A DNA stretch of 64,000 nucleotides from Eledone cirrhosa. Taxonomy: Eukaryota. The notes under the pieces were generated by a model. The model searched no databases. It saw nothing but the letters and a program-made list of their open reading frames with translations, and was not told where the DNA came from. Below, one piece after another: positions 1 through 14,922 of the stretch; within the stretch, counting starts at the first letter, position 1; every line of letters begins with the position of its first letter. The stretch covers positions 39,308,001 through 39,372,000 of the forward strand of contig OZ024742.1 of NCBI GenBank assembly GCA_964016885.1, read 5' to 3'. The translations under genes and the position numbers were made by a program.

Positions 1-1
1 C

Positions 2-280
2 AAGAATTCTTTCACAGATCCAAGTAAAAAATCTTCAACGGCACTATCAGGCGTACTATGGCAACTTAAGCTAGATAACGTTAGATATTCGACGGCTTGG
101 AATATAGTCTCAAGAGGGATTCCTTTTAATTCATCCTCTGAGACATGTGACCTCTGCGCAGAGGAGATATTCTTTATACTAAAATCTAAAAATTCCCTTA
201 ATCTACGGACAAATTTATTCAGTTGTTGCAAACATAGATTAAACTCAACGTTTAAATATAAATTTAAATTTAAAATGTAG
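2..280 (+). pseudogene. C-terminal GIY-YIG endonuclease part of a Naiad-type Penelope-like element ORF, running in from before the window
   Basis: Frame 2 reads KNSF...STALSGVLWQLK...AWNIVSRG..F....CDLCAEE.......LNLRTNLFSCCKH..., colinear with the C-terminus of ORF 54821-56023 (NTALSELIWSLK...NLCLCEK...NRRTDLFSLCLH). Stop TAG at 278-280. Confidence 0.8.
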
Positions 281-1654
281 TATATTTAGTTTGATTTATA
301 ATTATATGGGAAACTAGCCGATAAATCTTTGATTCTCTTTTTATTCTTTTTATTTTTATTTTATTTATTTAAACATTCTTCATGAAAAATTAAGCTATCC
401 TAAAAGTTGATGCTCCAAATATTTCGAATAAACGTTACACAAGATAAACTTCTATATTAAATATAAGAACACATGTAGACCAAATTGGGCATCCTATACT
501 TTTTGAAATGATCTTTACTAGATGCGATTTGATAGATAATTTTTGGCTTTATCTGTTATTCGACTCTGATGTTTATAATGAACTTGGCAATATATTGTCA
601 ATTAATTTTGAAGGGTTGATCTTTGTGGTTTATTTTATTTTTATTATTGTAGTATTTCCTAATTTTTATTTTTAATATTCTTAATATGTAAATTTTTTTT
701 AATATGTAATATTTTTAATATGTAATATTCTTTCGTAATATTTCTTAGTTTTCTATTTTATTATTACTTATTATTATTATTGTTATTTTTAGTTTTGTTT
801 CCGATATATTTTTATTTTTATTTTTATTTTTATTAGTATATTGAAATCTGCTCTATCTTTGCTTGATAGACAGAAATAGTAATATTGACTCTATATACAC
901 ATATATGTATACTTAAATTTTTATACCACATTGAGAATACTTTCCGTGAACTTAGGGTTTGCAGAATTGATCATGTACATTCACATAGATGTTTGTAATT
1001 ATCACATAAACATATGAATTTTTTTTAAAAACTAAACATAAGATCATTAATTTTCACACATTGTGGATACATATCTCATTCAGGAATACTGATATTTACA
1101 ATGTAGAGGCTGGTTTTGTAAATACTAATACCTCTATATTAAAACAGAGGTTTTTACGCCTCGCCTGTGTCTGGATATTTTTGAATTTTTTCTCTCTCTT
1201 TTTTCTCTCTCTATATTTTTTTCTCTCCCTATATAACAGCTGGTTTTCCCTCCATATATCTCCCTTACATTAATACTAGAGCTAAATAAATAAATAAATA
1301 AATAAATGTATCATTGATACGTTATTCAACAGTCGTCCCACTACCTAGCTTTCTATATATGTCTATCTATCTCTATTTCCTCTCTCTCTCTATATATATA
1401 TATCTCTTTCTGTTTCTTTACATGAAGTTCTTCTCTTTATCTATCTTTTCATCTCTCTATTTTGTTCCATGCATTTCTTCTTTTTCTTTTTCTTCGTTTT
1501 CTGTCTTTCTTTCCTTTTTTTCTCTCTTTTTCTCTCTTTCTCTCTCTCTTTCTTTCTCTTTGTGTACAATTTTGTCACTACCAAATCAACCTTCTCAAAT
1601 GCAAGTAGATGTTACGGTATGTCGAATCTATTTATCTATAAAACTGTTTATATT

Positions 1655-1720
1655 GTATTTTGTCTGAGGAAGGCATAGCATATTGTTAATATGATATCCC
1701 TGAAATATATATAATGAAAT
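1655..1720 (+). ncRNA. type I hammerhead ribozyme motif (Naiad pLTR)
   Basis: CTGAGGA-agg..cct-GAAA-tatatATA, with stem I attttgt/atgaaat. Stem II is degenerate. Confidence 0.55.
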
Positions 1721-1758
1721 AAATATGGTTTTATAAATATAGTTTCCATTTATTTAAT

Positions 1759-2062
<304 letters not shown>

Positions 2063-2147
2063 GAAAAATTGAACAGGGACAGAACAGAGAGGCAGTACAA
2101 TAAATGTTTATTAAATTCACGCTCAGGAGAGTGTGGGGTAGGTGGGG

Positions 2148-2182
2148 GACGACGTTTCGGGCATAAGCCCTTCTTCAGGTGA
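2148..2182 (-). ncRNA. minimal type I hammerhead ribozyme
   Basis: Reverse complement reads acCTGAAGA-agggc-ttat-gccc-GAAAC-GTC-gt. The core is canonical but stem I is very short. Confidence 0.8.
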
Positions 2183-3531
2183 GAAGTGTGTGGGAACAGA
2201 GTTCAAAAGGTGTGTAGGGGAGTGGTGGAGAGACATATAGCGAAAGGAAACGGTGCGAATGAAAAATTAACAAATAAAGACAAAAAATATAATAAATAAA
2301 AATAAAGCATGATCAAAATACAAGGAATGAGAAAATTTAAAAATAAAGGCATGATCAAAATAAACTGAAATTAAAAGGAGGGTAAACAGGTGGTGAAAGG
2401 GTGTGGGGTGAGTAGGGGTGGTGGCGGGTGGAGTGGGGAGAGGGAGACGGGGTGTCCGAGCGGGGAGGGCTGAAGGTGGTGTGTGTGGTTAGGTGTGCGT
2501 GTGTGTGTGTGTGTGTGTGTATGTGAAAGTGAGGGTTGGGGGAAGAACGGGGTTGTATGTTCAGGAAGGTGTGTGTGGGGGGTGTTTTTGTGGGTCGGAG
2601 TGTCTGTACGTGTGTGGATAGGGGTGGGTGGGGGAGAGGAATCAGGAGGCTGAGGGTGTAAATATGTGGTGGGAAGCACGTGTGTGTGGTTTAAGCGTGT
2701 TGTGGGTGTGGGTGGCGTGTGGATAAAAAAAATTTTTTGGGGGTGTGTGTGTGGGTGAGTTATATAGGTGATGGTGTAAGAGGATGGTTGAAAAGTTGGT
2801 AAGTTCCACGGATGTTTGGAGATTTGGTTAGAAGTCAATTTCGCGTGTGGGTAATCCAAGAAGCGGTGGTCGGAAGAGGAGAGATGTGGGGTGCGCGCGC
2901 AACAGGAAGTGGTCAGCAGTGGGAGTGCTGTGGTCAGTTGGTGCTGAGAGGTGGTCGGAAGGGCATAGCAGCAGTCGGCGGAATGGTAGGGAGGCGAGGA
3001 TGGGTAGGTGTGAGAGTTGGAGTGAGGAGGGTGTGTGTGTGTGTGTGTATTAGTAGGGGTGTTAGTGGGATGAGTGAGTGTGGAGCGGGGAGAGAAGGGT
3101 GTGTGTGGTTCTATGGAGGGAGTGTGGTGTACTGGTGTGTGTGTAGTGTGGTGAAGAGGTGTTAGTGGGTGTTAGTATACGGGAGGTGGGGAGGGGTGGA
3201 ATGCAGGTGTGAGTGGGGGTTAGTGGTGGTAGGGTGTGTAGAGTTGGTGGTGTACGAGGGTGTGTGGGTACATGTGCGTGGGGTTAGGGGGTGTTAGTGA
3301 TGTTAGTTGCGTGTGGGGTGGGTGGTGTAAGCGGGTGCGTGTGTGCGTGTGATAAGGAGGGGGGAGAAGAGGGGAGGGAAGGGATGTTAGTATGTTAGTT
3401 GGGGAAGGGTGGTCAGATGAGGGGTGGAGTGGAGGTGTTAGTATTGTTAGTGTGGGGTGGGCGGTGAAAAGGAGGGGTGTGTTAGTGGTGTTAGTGGGGG
3501 ATAAGTGTGGGGGGAGGGGGGCGGTTGAACG

Positions 3532-6000
3532 CTAAAGGAATAAGGGTGGGGAGTTCAGGCCGGGGGGAGTGTGGGTCTGTAAGATGAAGATAGTGCGTTG
3601 TTCGACCGTAAGGCGATGGGCGGGTGTTCCGTGGCACTGGAGTAGGCCACAGACTGTGAGATGGCGTGCGGAGTGTCCAGGGCCACCAAAGTGGCGGGCG
3701 ATGGGGGAACTGCCCCCGAGACGAATATCCCGGAGGTGCTCCGTGACTCGGTACGCCAGGCGACGTCCCGTCTGTCCGACATAAGTCGCGCTGCACTCCG
3801 TGCAACGAAGTCCGTAGACTAGGTTGGAGGAGGTGCAGCGGAAGGCATGCCGGACCGAGAGAGAGTGGCCGTTGGGACCCTGGAAGGTGGTGGTGTTGGT
3901 GATGTGGGGACAGGTGTTGCAGCGGGGCCTAGAATAGGGGAAGGAACCGGGGGGGGGGAGCGTGGGTTGGGGGGGGGAGCTGTGGACGAGGAGGGTGCGG
4001 AGATTGCCTGCGCGTTTGAAGGAGGGGAGTGGTGGGGTTGGGAAGATGTGGGAGGTGGAGGGGTCGGACTAGAGGCGTCGGAAGAGGCGGCGGATGGTGC
4101 GGTGGAGGGGTAAGGTGGAGGGGTGGTATGTGATGGGGAAGGGGAGACGGTGGGTGGGTGTGCGGTGGCGTGGGGTGAGGGTGGTGGAGCGGGGGATAGC
4201 ACGGGCGCGGGTGAGAGCGGTGTAGACGAGAGAGGTGGGGTAACCTCTGCGGATGAAATGGCTGACTAGGGAAAGGGCCTGGGACTCGAAGTCAGCATCA
4301 CGGCTACAGAGGCGGCGGATCCTGAGAAGTTGGGAGTAGGGAATGGAGAGTTTAGTGTGGGTGGGGTGGGAAAAGGTGAAGACGAGGTAAGAGTGGGAGT
4401 CGGTGGGTTTGAAGAAGGCGGAGGTGAGGAGGGAGTGGTGGGAGGGGTCGAAGGCGACGGAGATGTCTAAGAAGTGGACGTGGGTGGTGGAGATAGAGGT
4501 GGTGAAGTGAAGGGAGGGGTGGAAGGAGCAGAAGAAGGAGAGAAAGGAGTCGAGCTGTACTCGGGTGAGGGTCGTGGCTCCGATACAGTCGTCGATGTAA
4601 CGACCGTACAGTTCGGGCGTGGGGCCGGTGTACTGGGCAAAGATTTGGGCCTCAACATGGCCAACAAAAAGGTTGGCATAGTTCGGGCCCATTCTTGTGC
4701 CCATGGCTACCCCCGTGACCTGTTGGTAAAACTCACCCGAGAAGGAGAAACAATTTAGGGTGAGGACCAGCTCGGCGAGGCGAAGGAGAGTGGGGGTGGA
4801 GGGTCTGGGCTAGGGGCGAAGGTCCAGGTAGTGTTTGAGGGCGCGAAGGCCGTCGGCGTGGGGGATGACGGTATAGAGGGACTTGATGTCTAGGGTGAAG
4901 AGGAATGGCTGAGGGCCGGGTAGGTAGGTGAAGGAATCGAAAAGGCGCAGGGCGTGGTTGGTGTCGGAGATGTGGGAGGGGAGGGTGGTGACAAGGGGGG
5001 CGAGGAGGGAGTCGAGAAAGGCGGAGATGAGTTCGGTGGGGCAGTTGCAAACGGAGACGATGAGGCGGCCGGGGTTGTCGGGTTTGTGGAGTTTGGGGAG
5101 GAAGTAGATGGTGGGGGTGCGGGGGTGCGGACGATGAGGTGGGAAGCGGTGGGGGGGGGAGGAGGGAGGAGGCGATAAGGTCTTTGATGGTGGAGGAGAC
5201 TTGTTGTTGGTAGAGGGGGGTGGGATCGGAGGGTAGAGGGCGGTAAAAGAGGGGGTTACAGAGCTGCTTGAGGGCTTCGGCCGTGTAGAGGTCCGCGCGC
5301 CATACCACCACGGCGCCTCCCTTGTCCGCCGGTTTGATGACGATGTCATCTCGGCTACGGAAGGAGCGGAGAGCGAGGAGTTCGCCCCGTGAGATGTTGT
5401 GTCGTTTGGAACGGTGGCGGAAGTCGAAACGATTTACTGCGCTACGGCTGGCATCGACGAAGGCGTCCAGGGTGCTAAATTGCCCTGGGGCCGGCGTCCA
5501 AGAAGATGGTCGTCGGCCCAGGGCGAGAAACGGGTCTTGGGCGTCCGGAGCCGGTGGCGTTCGGCTGAAATGTGCCTGTAGCTTAGTGCGTCGCACGAAT
5601 CGCTCGACTTCCGTTCGGGTGCGGAATTCGTCGCTGAGCGGAGTGTGGGGTATGAAGCGAAGGCCTCTACTAAGGAGTGAGCGCTCAGGTGCGGAGAGGG
5701 GGAGGTCAGGGGGTATGGTGACAACAAGGGGTGGCGTTTGGGTGTTTGGGGAGGGAAGGGAGGGTGTGGTGAGGGGTGAGGTGGAGGGTGGTGATTGGGT
5801 AGGGGTGTGGGTCGGGGGAGAGGTGGAGAGTGGTGGGCGTATGGGGATGGGCGGGTGGTGGTGGATGGGGTGGGGGTTGGGAGGAGTGAGTGTAGCTTGC
5901 GGGCTTTGGTTCGAGCTGAGGAACGAGAAGAGGTTGTGGTTGAGGTTGTGGATGAAGGAGAGGATGGCTTGGGCGAGGAGGGGGTGGCAGGTGGAGTAAA
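3532..6000 (-). pseudogene. PLE reverse transcriptase plus GIY-YIG endonuclease, several frameshifts
   Basis: ORF-track pieces 4733-5596, 4810-5349 and 4069-4704, plus a GIY-YIG read by eye at 3532-3900. Confidence 0.88.
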
Positions 6001-6113
6001 GGCGGAGGAGGGTGGGGGTCAGTTGGTGGTCAAGTAGGCGGAGGGTGGAACGGGAGGCGCGGATGGAGTTGCGATATGTCCAGGGAGTGTAACGCGGATT
6101 TACTGTAGGTTTA

Positions 6114-6144
<31 letters not shown>

Positions 6145-6182
6145 TACATGCATACACACATACCCCCCCCCCCCCACACACA

Positions 6183-6220
<38 letters not shown>

Positions 6221-6249
6221 CACACACACACACACATATATATATATAC

Positions 6250-6490
6250 AGGTGTGGGTACAAATGAAAAGACCAATTTCCACAAGTGTAAGCTGAGAGT
6301 ATCTATATTAACAGATTTATTTATTTCTGCATTACTGGTGCTTTCATAGACGTAAAGACGTCTAACTACTTCAGATGACCTACCTCAAAGACCCAATCAA
6401 ACCTCTCCATAGTGGCATTACAATTACCCGTTACGTCCTCTTTAATCCAGTAAACATCTTGTGAAAATATTGGATCTCCTGGCAGGAGAT
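6250..6490 (-). mobile_element. short PLE-like pLTR fragment with a degenerate HHR (6329-6377), between microsatellites
   Basis: Reverse complement reads cat-CTGAAGTagt-tagacgt-cttt-acgtcta-t-GAAA-gcacca-GTA-atg. Confidence 0.5.
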
Positions 6491-6519
6491 ATATATATAT
6501 ATATATATATACATATGTG

Positions 6520-6574
<55 letters not shown>

Positions 6575-6576
<2 letters not shown>

Positions 6577-6692
6577 CGAAGGAAATGTGGTAAGGAACCA
6601 GGTGGACCATAGCGCACCAAAGTACTCAATACTTAGGGTAGTAGAGTGGGTAATAGGAACGAGTAGGCCCCTGGGGTCCTACTCGTTCCTAT
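6575..6692 (-). mobile_element. family X mini-element (PLE pLTR 3' end) with fold-back
   Basis: Homologous to 12710-12815, 19068-19260, 19311-19496, 26679-26836, 28830-28885 and 62056-62250. Flanked by (TA)n. Confidence 0.75.
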
Positions 6693-6705
6693 ATATATAT
6701 ATATA

Positions 6706-7005
6706 ACCAAATGTTAAACAAGGTTCATTGATTATTCAATGAATATAGTTTTACAATAGATTAAAAGCACTCAACAGTGAAGTTTTCTGGAGTAATTAAT
6801 ATTATTCAAAATATTAATAAATGGATACATTCACATAATCAAAATATATGTTTTATTATATATATTTCGGAGGTACTGTCTGTTTTTCAGTACGTCCTCA
6901 TCAGATAAAATACATAAATTGATGTATGACATACCTCAACTGTGCTGATGGTTCAATTGACTGCCAAGACTGGAATTGAACCATCAGCACAGTTGATATA
7001 TTTTG

Positions 7006-7010
<5 letters not shown>
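6706..7010 (-). mobile_element. Naiad-like pLTR with HHR (6850-6912) and a terminal hairpin (6936-6996)
   Basis: Reverse complement reads ttttat-CTGATGA-ggacgtactg..cagtacctcc-GAAA-tatatATA-ataaaa. Inverted arms tcaactgtgctgatggttcaatt. Confidence 0.75.
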
Positions 7011-7057
<47 letters not shown>

Positions 7058-7098
7058 TGATCATAAGATCCGTTTGTGTGATATTATTGCACCTCCTT

Positions 7099-7293
7099 GG
7101 CGGTGGATTGGCAGTATCGGTAGTAGAGGGTCGGACGCCATGCTTTACAGCATAGAGTTATGGCCCTTTACCGTGTGAGTTCAAATCCTGCTGAGGTTAA
7201 CTTTGCCTTTCATCCTTACGGGGTCAATAAAATAAAGTACCAGTAATATACTGGGATAATTGCTGGCCTTGCGCTAAAAGTAGAAACAATTAT
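7099..7293 (+). mobile_element. tRNA-derived SINE, family A
   Basis: A-box-like head, B box GAGTTCAAATCC, and central domain TTTGCCTTTCATCCTTACGGGGTC(G)ATAAAATAAAGTACCAGT. More than 10 copies in the window. Confidence 0.8.
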
Positions 7294-7594
7294 TGCACTT
7301 CCTGGTGAATCTGACGGCATTTAAAATATTCTTGACTAAAGAAATGTAATAACCAACTACGATAAACTGAACAAGTTTGCAAGTGTTTTCAACATAGTTG
7401 AACCACGCAAGGACTGATGCAATCTAAAAGCAAACTAATTTCTGTTTGCCGATATATTTCCAAATTATTCTTTAAATATTTCATAGAATATACCAGAGCC
7501 ACCACCTAGAGTTATTCTATTACAATGATTTGGGATATGTTATAAGTGTATATTTAACATAAATTACCATACACACGTTTCTGTATACATAGGG

Positions 7595-7714
<120 letters not shown>

Positions 7715-7764
7715 GTATGTATATATATATATTTATATATATATATATATGTATATTTATATAT

Positions 7765-8350
7765 GGTGGTTGACAACTCGTTTTCGAGTACGGCCACTAC
7801 TTTATATCCATGTAGGAGAACCCCTACCGATGCGTTGAACGAGTGACTTTTTAGTCCAGCCAGCGACTTGAAAACTCTGGTACAAACACTACACTTGTGA
7901 CAATTATTGACACATAGTGCTAGGCCCATGGTACCATGTGACGACAAGTGCAGAGAGATCTCCAGATATAAAGCAATGCCTGTGCCATGTAAGCTTTTAT
8001 AGTGAGCAAAGGCACTGCACAAAGCCAGTCCCACTCTCTTAACCAAGATGATATTTACCAAAAAGAAGAACAAGTCAACATCATTGGATACCATCAGGGT
8101 TGCAGGTGTTATATCAGAGTTTTCCTTCTCCTAGAATTCTGCCTTGACAAAGGCTAAGGGGTCATCTCTCCGGGAGGTTTTGGATTGTCATTGACTCTTA
8201 AGAGCTCCTTTGCCCTTTGACAGGTTTTGTTTTTAGTCCATCAGGGTGTTCAAAGTCCCCCTCCTCACCAAGAAACCTTGGTAGGGTTGCCAGTTTAGTC
8301 GCCAACGACCCGACCATGAGACAGGTTGTACTGGGATACATGTTACCAGA
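7765..8350 (-). mobile_element. non-autonomous, internally deleted RTE-like LINE derivative, copy 1
   Basis: Close homologue of 14003-14582. The minus strand has RTE-like 5' motifs (GGAGAAGGAAAACTCTG) joined to a C-terminal zinc-finger remnant [18 protein letters not shown] and a CTCGAAAACGAG 3' hairpin. Confidence 0.6.
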
Positions 8351-8390
8351 TATATATATATACCATATACACGTTTCTGTATACATATGG

Positions 8391-8446
<56 letters not shown>

Positions 8447-8449
<3 letters not shown>

Positions 8450-8860
8450 AGAAAAAAGAAAATCAGTGTTGCGACGAAAGGAATTAAGGAATTTATTGGA
8501 CATATTACAATTGTTTCTCGGGTGACCAGCTCGAGGCACGATCGATATGGTGATCAAACCTGACTCTGAAATCGCGCGGTCCTCAGATACGTCTCGATTC
8601 TACGAAGCAGATTTTCCTATAGTCCTTTAACATCGAATTCCTTCGTTTGTTGATTTAGATCCTGTTGTTGTCATTCCATGAGTGGTCAAGAATTGTACAC
8701 GTCACCGGTATTTCTAGACACTCATGGTTGCCCACTGCTTGATTCTTCTCGTTCTCCACCTGTCAATCAAAATTTCTTCATGTATCAGAATTACTACTGT
8801 GGTGGGAGAGGGGCTGTAATCTTGAACGGCTGGCATCACTTCAACGTCTTTTTCAATGGT
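8447..8860 (-). mobile_element. family Y PLE-like pLTR/3' UTR with an extended-stem-II HHR (8499-8593)
   Basis: Reverse complement reads gacgtat-CTGAGGA..GAAAC-aatt-GTA-atatgtc. Homologous to 14935-15182, 21440-21903 and 63530-63732. Confidence 0.75.
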
Positions 8861-10214
8861 TCCTTAATGCAATCGAAACAATAAAGTAGAACTCGGCGGT
8901 ATTTCAACTGATTCAGTTTATAATCCAAAGCTCCTAAAGACTCTGCCAATTCGTCGCTCTGGGTGTCCTGTCTCTCTGCAATCACATCTGACAAGTCGAT
9001 GGAACGCCAACCCTTGAATTTTTAACGGGTTAATAACAGACATGAATTACAATGTTCTGGAGATTCTATGGACGACTATGAATATCGACTGAGCAGACAG
9101 TTATTCGCCGTGATTTCATCTGATGGCCCATTCGCCTGTGAGAGATGTCCCCTGTGAGAGATGTCCCCGAAGGGTCCGCCTGTTATTGATGTAAGAACGA
9201 TAGATTCTGCAAATGCTTTCAGATATGTCTATCATCAGATATGTCTAACATCAGATATGTCTATCATATAAGGCATTTTTTTAAACTAACGTTCTCGATC
9301 TTTATGCCGTTAGTCATGGGAGCTGGTGCTATACTTGAATAAAGTTGCATTCGGTTTCCAGTTGGTGGGATTCTATCTATAAGACCTTCTCTAAATTAAC
9401 TGTACGTATCACAAATTTGTGGTCTCTGTGAACAACTACCAGCAGCTGTAGATAAATTATACTATCCCTATTGATTAACCTAATGGAAACTCTGCCTAAT
9501 TACGATCTGGAAGACCTAGAATGGTTTGTTCGAGTTCACACACACACACACGCACGCACACATTTGTGTGTGCGTGTATGTGCGTGTGTGTGTGTGTGCG
9601 TGTGCGTGTGTGTGCGTGTGCGTGTGCGTGTGTGTGTGTGTGTTCGTTTATTTTAATATATATTTTTAATTGGCTTTCCCTGCCATGCCAAATTGTTATA
9701 ATCAATTTTAGGTTTTGGCTATGTGTTCCGCAATATTTAAAAGTAAATTACGTATGATTTCAGGGCCTAGCATCCAGCAATTTTCAAAGCTAATAGAATG
9801 TGATTAGATAGATTATTTCTGAATGAAACGTAGTATGCTGTTTCCTATTTTAGATTACTCAAATTGTTTGGCTTTCTATTTAGATTTTTCTTTTTACATT
9901 TAACGTATTTTATTATTGCACGTATGTATAAACAACACAGGATTAATGAAATATATTTTGCTTCAGCTGCAATCAAGATTGATTACAAAAGAAACTTCAT
10001 GTACACAACTTAGTAATTCAAATAGTCATATACAAAAAACAAATTGCATGCAGAAAAAAAAAAACTACTTTTAAATATGTCGTTATTGTTTTCGTTATAT
10101 ATGTTTTATTTTCTACATAGTCTTTGCAAATGTCATTACAGAATGTCCAGAAGTATCGTGTACCACTTGTATTGCAATTCGATAGAAAGTATGTGTTCTT
10201 GAAGATGTCTTATA

Positions 10215-10274
<60 letters not shown>

Positions 10275-10281
10275 ATGTGTT

Positions 10282-10402
<121 letters not shown>

Positions 10403-10473
10403 GTATGTGCGTGTGTATGTATATATATATATGCAACCTATTTGCAACCACGCAGTACGCCATGTTTTCATTT

Positions 10474-10520
<47 letters not shown>

Positions 10521-10594
10521 ATGCATATATGTATGTTTATGTGCGTGAGTATGTGTGAGTACCTGTGCGTGAGTTTGTGTATGCATACATACAC

Positions 10595-10639
<45 letters not shown>

Positions 10640-10699
10640 CATATACACACAAACACAAACATATATATAGACATACATACACACACACACATATATCAC

Positions 10700-10730
<31 letters not shown>

Positions 10731-10738
10731 CATGTATG

Positions 10739-10811
<73 letters not shown>

Positions 10812-11231
10812 AGAACATACTTAAAACAAAGGGTATAACTTTGATTTATAACGATGCTTTCATTTCGTGTTGTAAAACAATATGAGTGTCACCAAGCTCT
10901 CGTCTGCCTCTTCGAATTTAATTTCTTGAGAAATATGGTGTTTCTTTTACGAACAAAATTATACTGTGTATCCACAAAATATCGCTTGTCGCCATTAATT
11001 GGTTGTCATTGTACGGCTTTGTTTACATTTAATGGTAATATTACCTCCCTTACCACTGTCGTCTGCCAACATGTATTTTATTTGATATGAAATATATATT
11101 TTTCTCTCACATACACATATATATACACATACGCATAAATAAATGCTTAATACAATATACCAATATAATTCGATAATAAAATGTCCAACGTATTATGGTC
11201 GCACGCACACACGCACGCATACACATGCAGA

Positions 11232-11319
<88 letters not shown>

Positions 11320-11677
11320 TACATACATACATACATACATACATACATACATACATACATACATACACACGCACATATATATGGATATATACATATATAT
11401 AAGTTGACATACAGAAAATGAGAGAGAGAGAAGGATGAATAGTGAGAGAGGGTGAGGGAGAGAGAGAGAGGGAGAGAGAGAGTGCAATGAATAAAGATAT
11501 ATCTTCATTCTCACTAAAGGAAATTTTAGAAAGTTGTGTGTGTTTCCTAAGCAAAGGTTTATCAAACTTAATCTATTTATAAAGATATCTTGTATACATA
11601 AACACAATCAATAGAGCAAATATGATTTACGAAAAATGTAATTGACTAACATATACAGAGTGATATGTATATATATG

Positions 11678-12709
<1,032 letters not shown>

Positions 12710-12820
12710 TGTCGTCGGGGTCATACTTTTTCCTATTTCCCACTCTACTACCCTAAGTATTGAGTACTCTGGTGCGTTATAGTCCATCTGGTTCCTTACC
12801 ACAATTCCTTTGTTATATAT

Positions 12821-13517
12821 ATTCGTTGGATTTTCAATCTTTCGGAATGATGAAACCGTCGGTAACAGCGTCTGAACAGGTGATTATTTAATCATTTTTA
12901 AATTTATTTAGAAAATTGTTTAATAACCGCTTACTTCGCTTCTTTTATATTGTTCTGGTATCTCGAATTAGTGCCATTGAACCACATGTATTATAAACAA
13001 CTTGAATATTTCTACAAGTACATTGTGCCTGTTGAAGTATCCATCCACTTCTCTAATTATTCTCCTTATGTAGAGAACAAAACGTTGAATAATGCTGCTA
13101 ATTTTAGTGGCATTTCGACATGTTTATAATATCCAGCTTTTATCAGCGACCTGATTATGCGTGTGTGTCATTTTAACGGCTTGACCGCATGCGTTGGGCA
13201 GGGAGCATAATATTTACTTGCTATAAGGCTTGATACCTTATGGCGTGGAAATAGGGCTGTCTGAAGATTCATTTCTTTCCATTGGAAATTCGTTGGATTT
13301 TCAGTCTTTCGGAATGATGAAACCGTCGGTAACAGCGTCTGAACAGGTGATTATTTAATCATTTTTAAATTTATTTAGAAAATTGTTTAATAACCGCTTG
13401 CTTCGCTTCTTTTATATTGTTCTGGTATCTCGAATTAGTGCCATTGAACCACATGTATTATAAACAACTTGAATATTTCTACAAGTACATTGTACCTGTT
13501 GAGGTATCCATCCACCT

Positions 13518-13520
<3 letters not shown>
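12821..13520 (+). mobile_element. retrozyme-like non-autonomous element: ~235 bp direct repeats with ~467 bp period and an HHR at 13256-13336
   Basis: 12821-13055 is repeated at 13288-13520. The HHR reads gctgt-CTGAAGA-ttcatttc..ggaatgat-GAAA-cc-gtc-gG-TA-acagc. (TA)n at both ends. Confidence 0.75.
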
Positions 13521-13580
<60 letters not shown>

Positions 13581-13985
13581 TCGTTTGTATATGTATAATA
13601 AAGCCAAAACAATGCAGGTATGGACATAGAATAAAGAATGTAAATGCAAAAGATATTGTTGACAATTAGTCTTTTACCTTAGATTTATTTAAATGTCCTT
13701 AATTTTCGAGATAATATCTCTTCTTCGGAGAGAAGTAAAGCGGTTAAACCAGTGTTCTAAATAGCTTGCCAAGTCATGCTTGGCAAGCTATTTAGAAGAG
13801 ATATTATCTCGAAAATTAAGGACATTTAAATAAATCTAAGGTAAAAGACTAATTGTCAACAATATCTTTTGCATTTGCATTCTTTATTCTCTGTCCATAC
13901 CCGCATTGTTTTGGCTTTATTATACATATACAAACGTTTATACCTCATTACACAATGCTTCAAGTGAACTATGACTTCCTCCTTT
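13581..13985. mobile_element. fold-back PLE pLTR mini-element (arms 13581-13723 and 13795-13936)
   Basis: ~140 bp inverted arms, an inner hairpin at 13765-13797, and an HHR-like CCGAAGA-agagatattatctc-GAAA on the minus strand. The tail resembles 32581-32620. Confidence 0.7.
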
Positions 13986-14002
13986 ATATATATATATATA
14001 TA

Positions 14003-14580
14003 TGGTGGCTGCCAACTCGTTTTCGAGTACGGCCACTACTTTATATCCATGTATAAGAACCCCTACCGATGCGCTGAACGAGTGTGACTTTTTAGTCCAG
14101 CCAGCGACTTGAAAGCTCTGGTACAAACACTACATTTGTGACAATTATTGACACATAGTGCTGGGCGCATGGTACCATGTGATGACAAGTGCAGAGAGAT
14201 CTCCAGATACAAAGCAATGCATGTGACGTGAAGCTTTTATAGTGAGCAAAGGCACTGCACAAAGCCAGTCCCACTCTCTTAACCAAGATGATATTTACCA
14301 AAAAGAAGAACAAGTCAACATCATTGAATACCATCAGAGTTGCAGGTGTTATATCAGAGTTTTCCTTCTCCTAGAATTCTGCCTTGACAAAGGCTAAGGG
14401 GTCATCTCTCCCGGTGATTTTGGATGGCCATTGACTCTTGAGAGCTCCTTTTCCCTTTGACTGATTTTGTTTTTAGTCCTGCAGGATGTCCAAAGTCACC
14501 CTCCTCACCAAGAAACCTTGGTGGGGTTGCCAGTTTAGTCGCCAACGACCCGACCATGGGACAGGTTGTACTGGAATACA

Positions 14581-14582
<2 letters not shown>
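14003..14582 (-). mobile_element. non-autonomous RTE-like LINE derivative, copy 2
   Basis: Colinear with 7765-8350 over ~580 bp, with the same internal junction. Confidence 0.6.
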
Positions 14583-14653
<71 letters not shown>

Positions 14654-14891
14654 TATGTACACGTACATACATATATGTATACAGACGTACAGTAGTATAT
14701 ATATATATATACATACATGCACACATATATATATATGTACGTATGGATTCACCGAACATTTATTATAATGCTCGGTGTGTTTGTAAACATACTACTGTAC
14801 GTCTGTATATATATATATGTACGTGTACATACTTATATTTAAGTAACAGCCGTACTAAGAGTGAGAAATGAAATTTCGTTTCATTTTTTCC

Positions 14892-14922
<31 letters not shown>

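Larger units (their letters stand above)
1..1760 (+). mobile_element. 3' part of a Naiad-type PLE: EN end, long AT-rich 3' UTR and pLTR with HHR, ending at (TA)n
   Basis: Coding remnant at 2-280. The pLTR at 1640-1760 is homologous to 34440-34560 and 61820-61945. Confidence 0.7.

Noticed and set aside
3819-6037. Pro-rich and Gly-rich ORFs overlapping the first PLE
   Set aside because: Alternative or antisense frames of the C-rich PLE coding strand.
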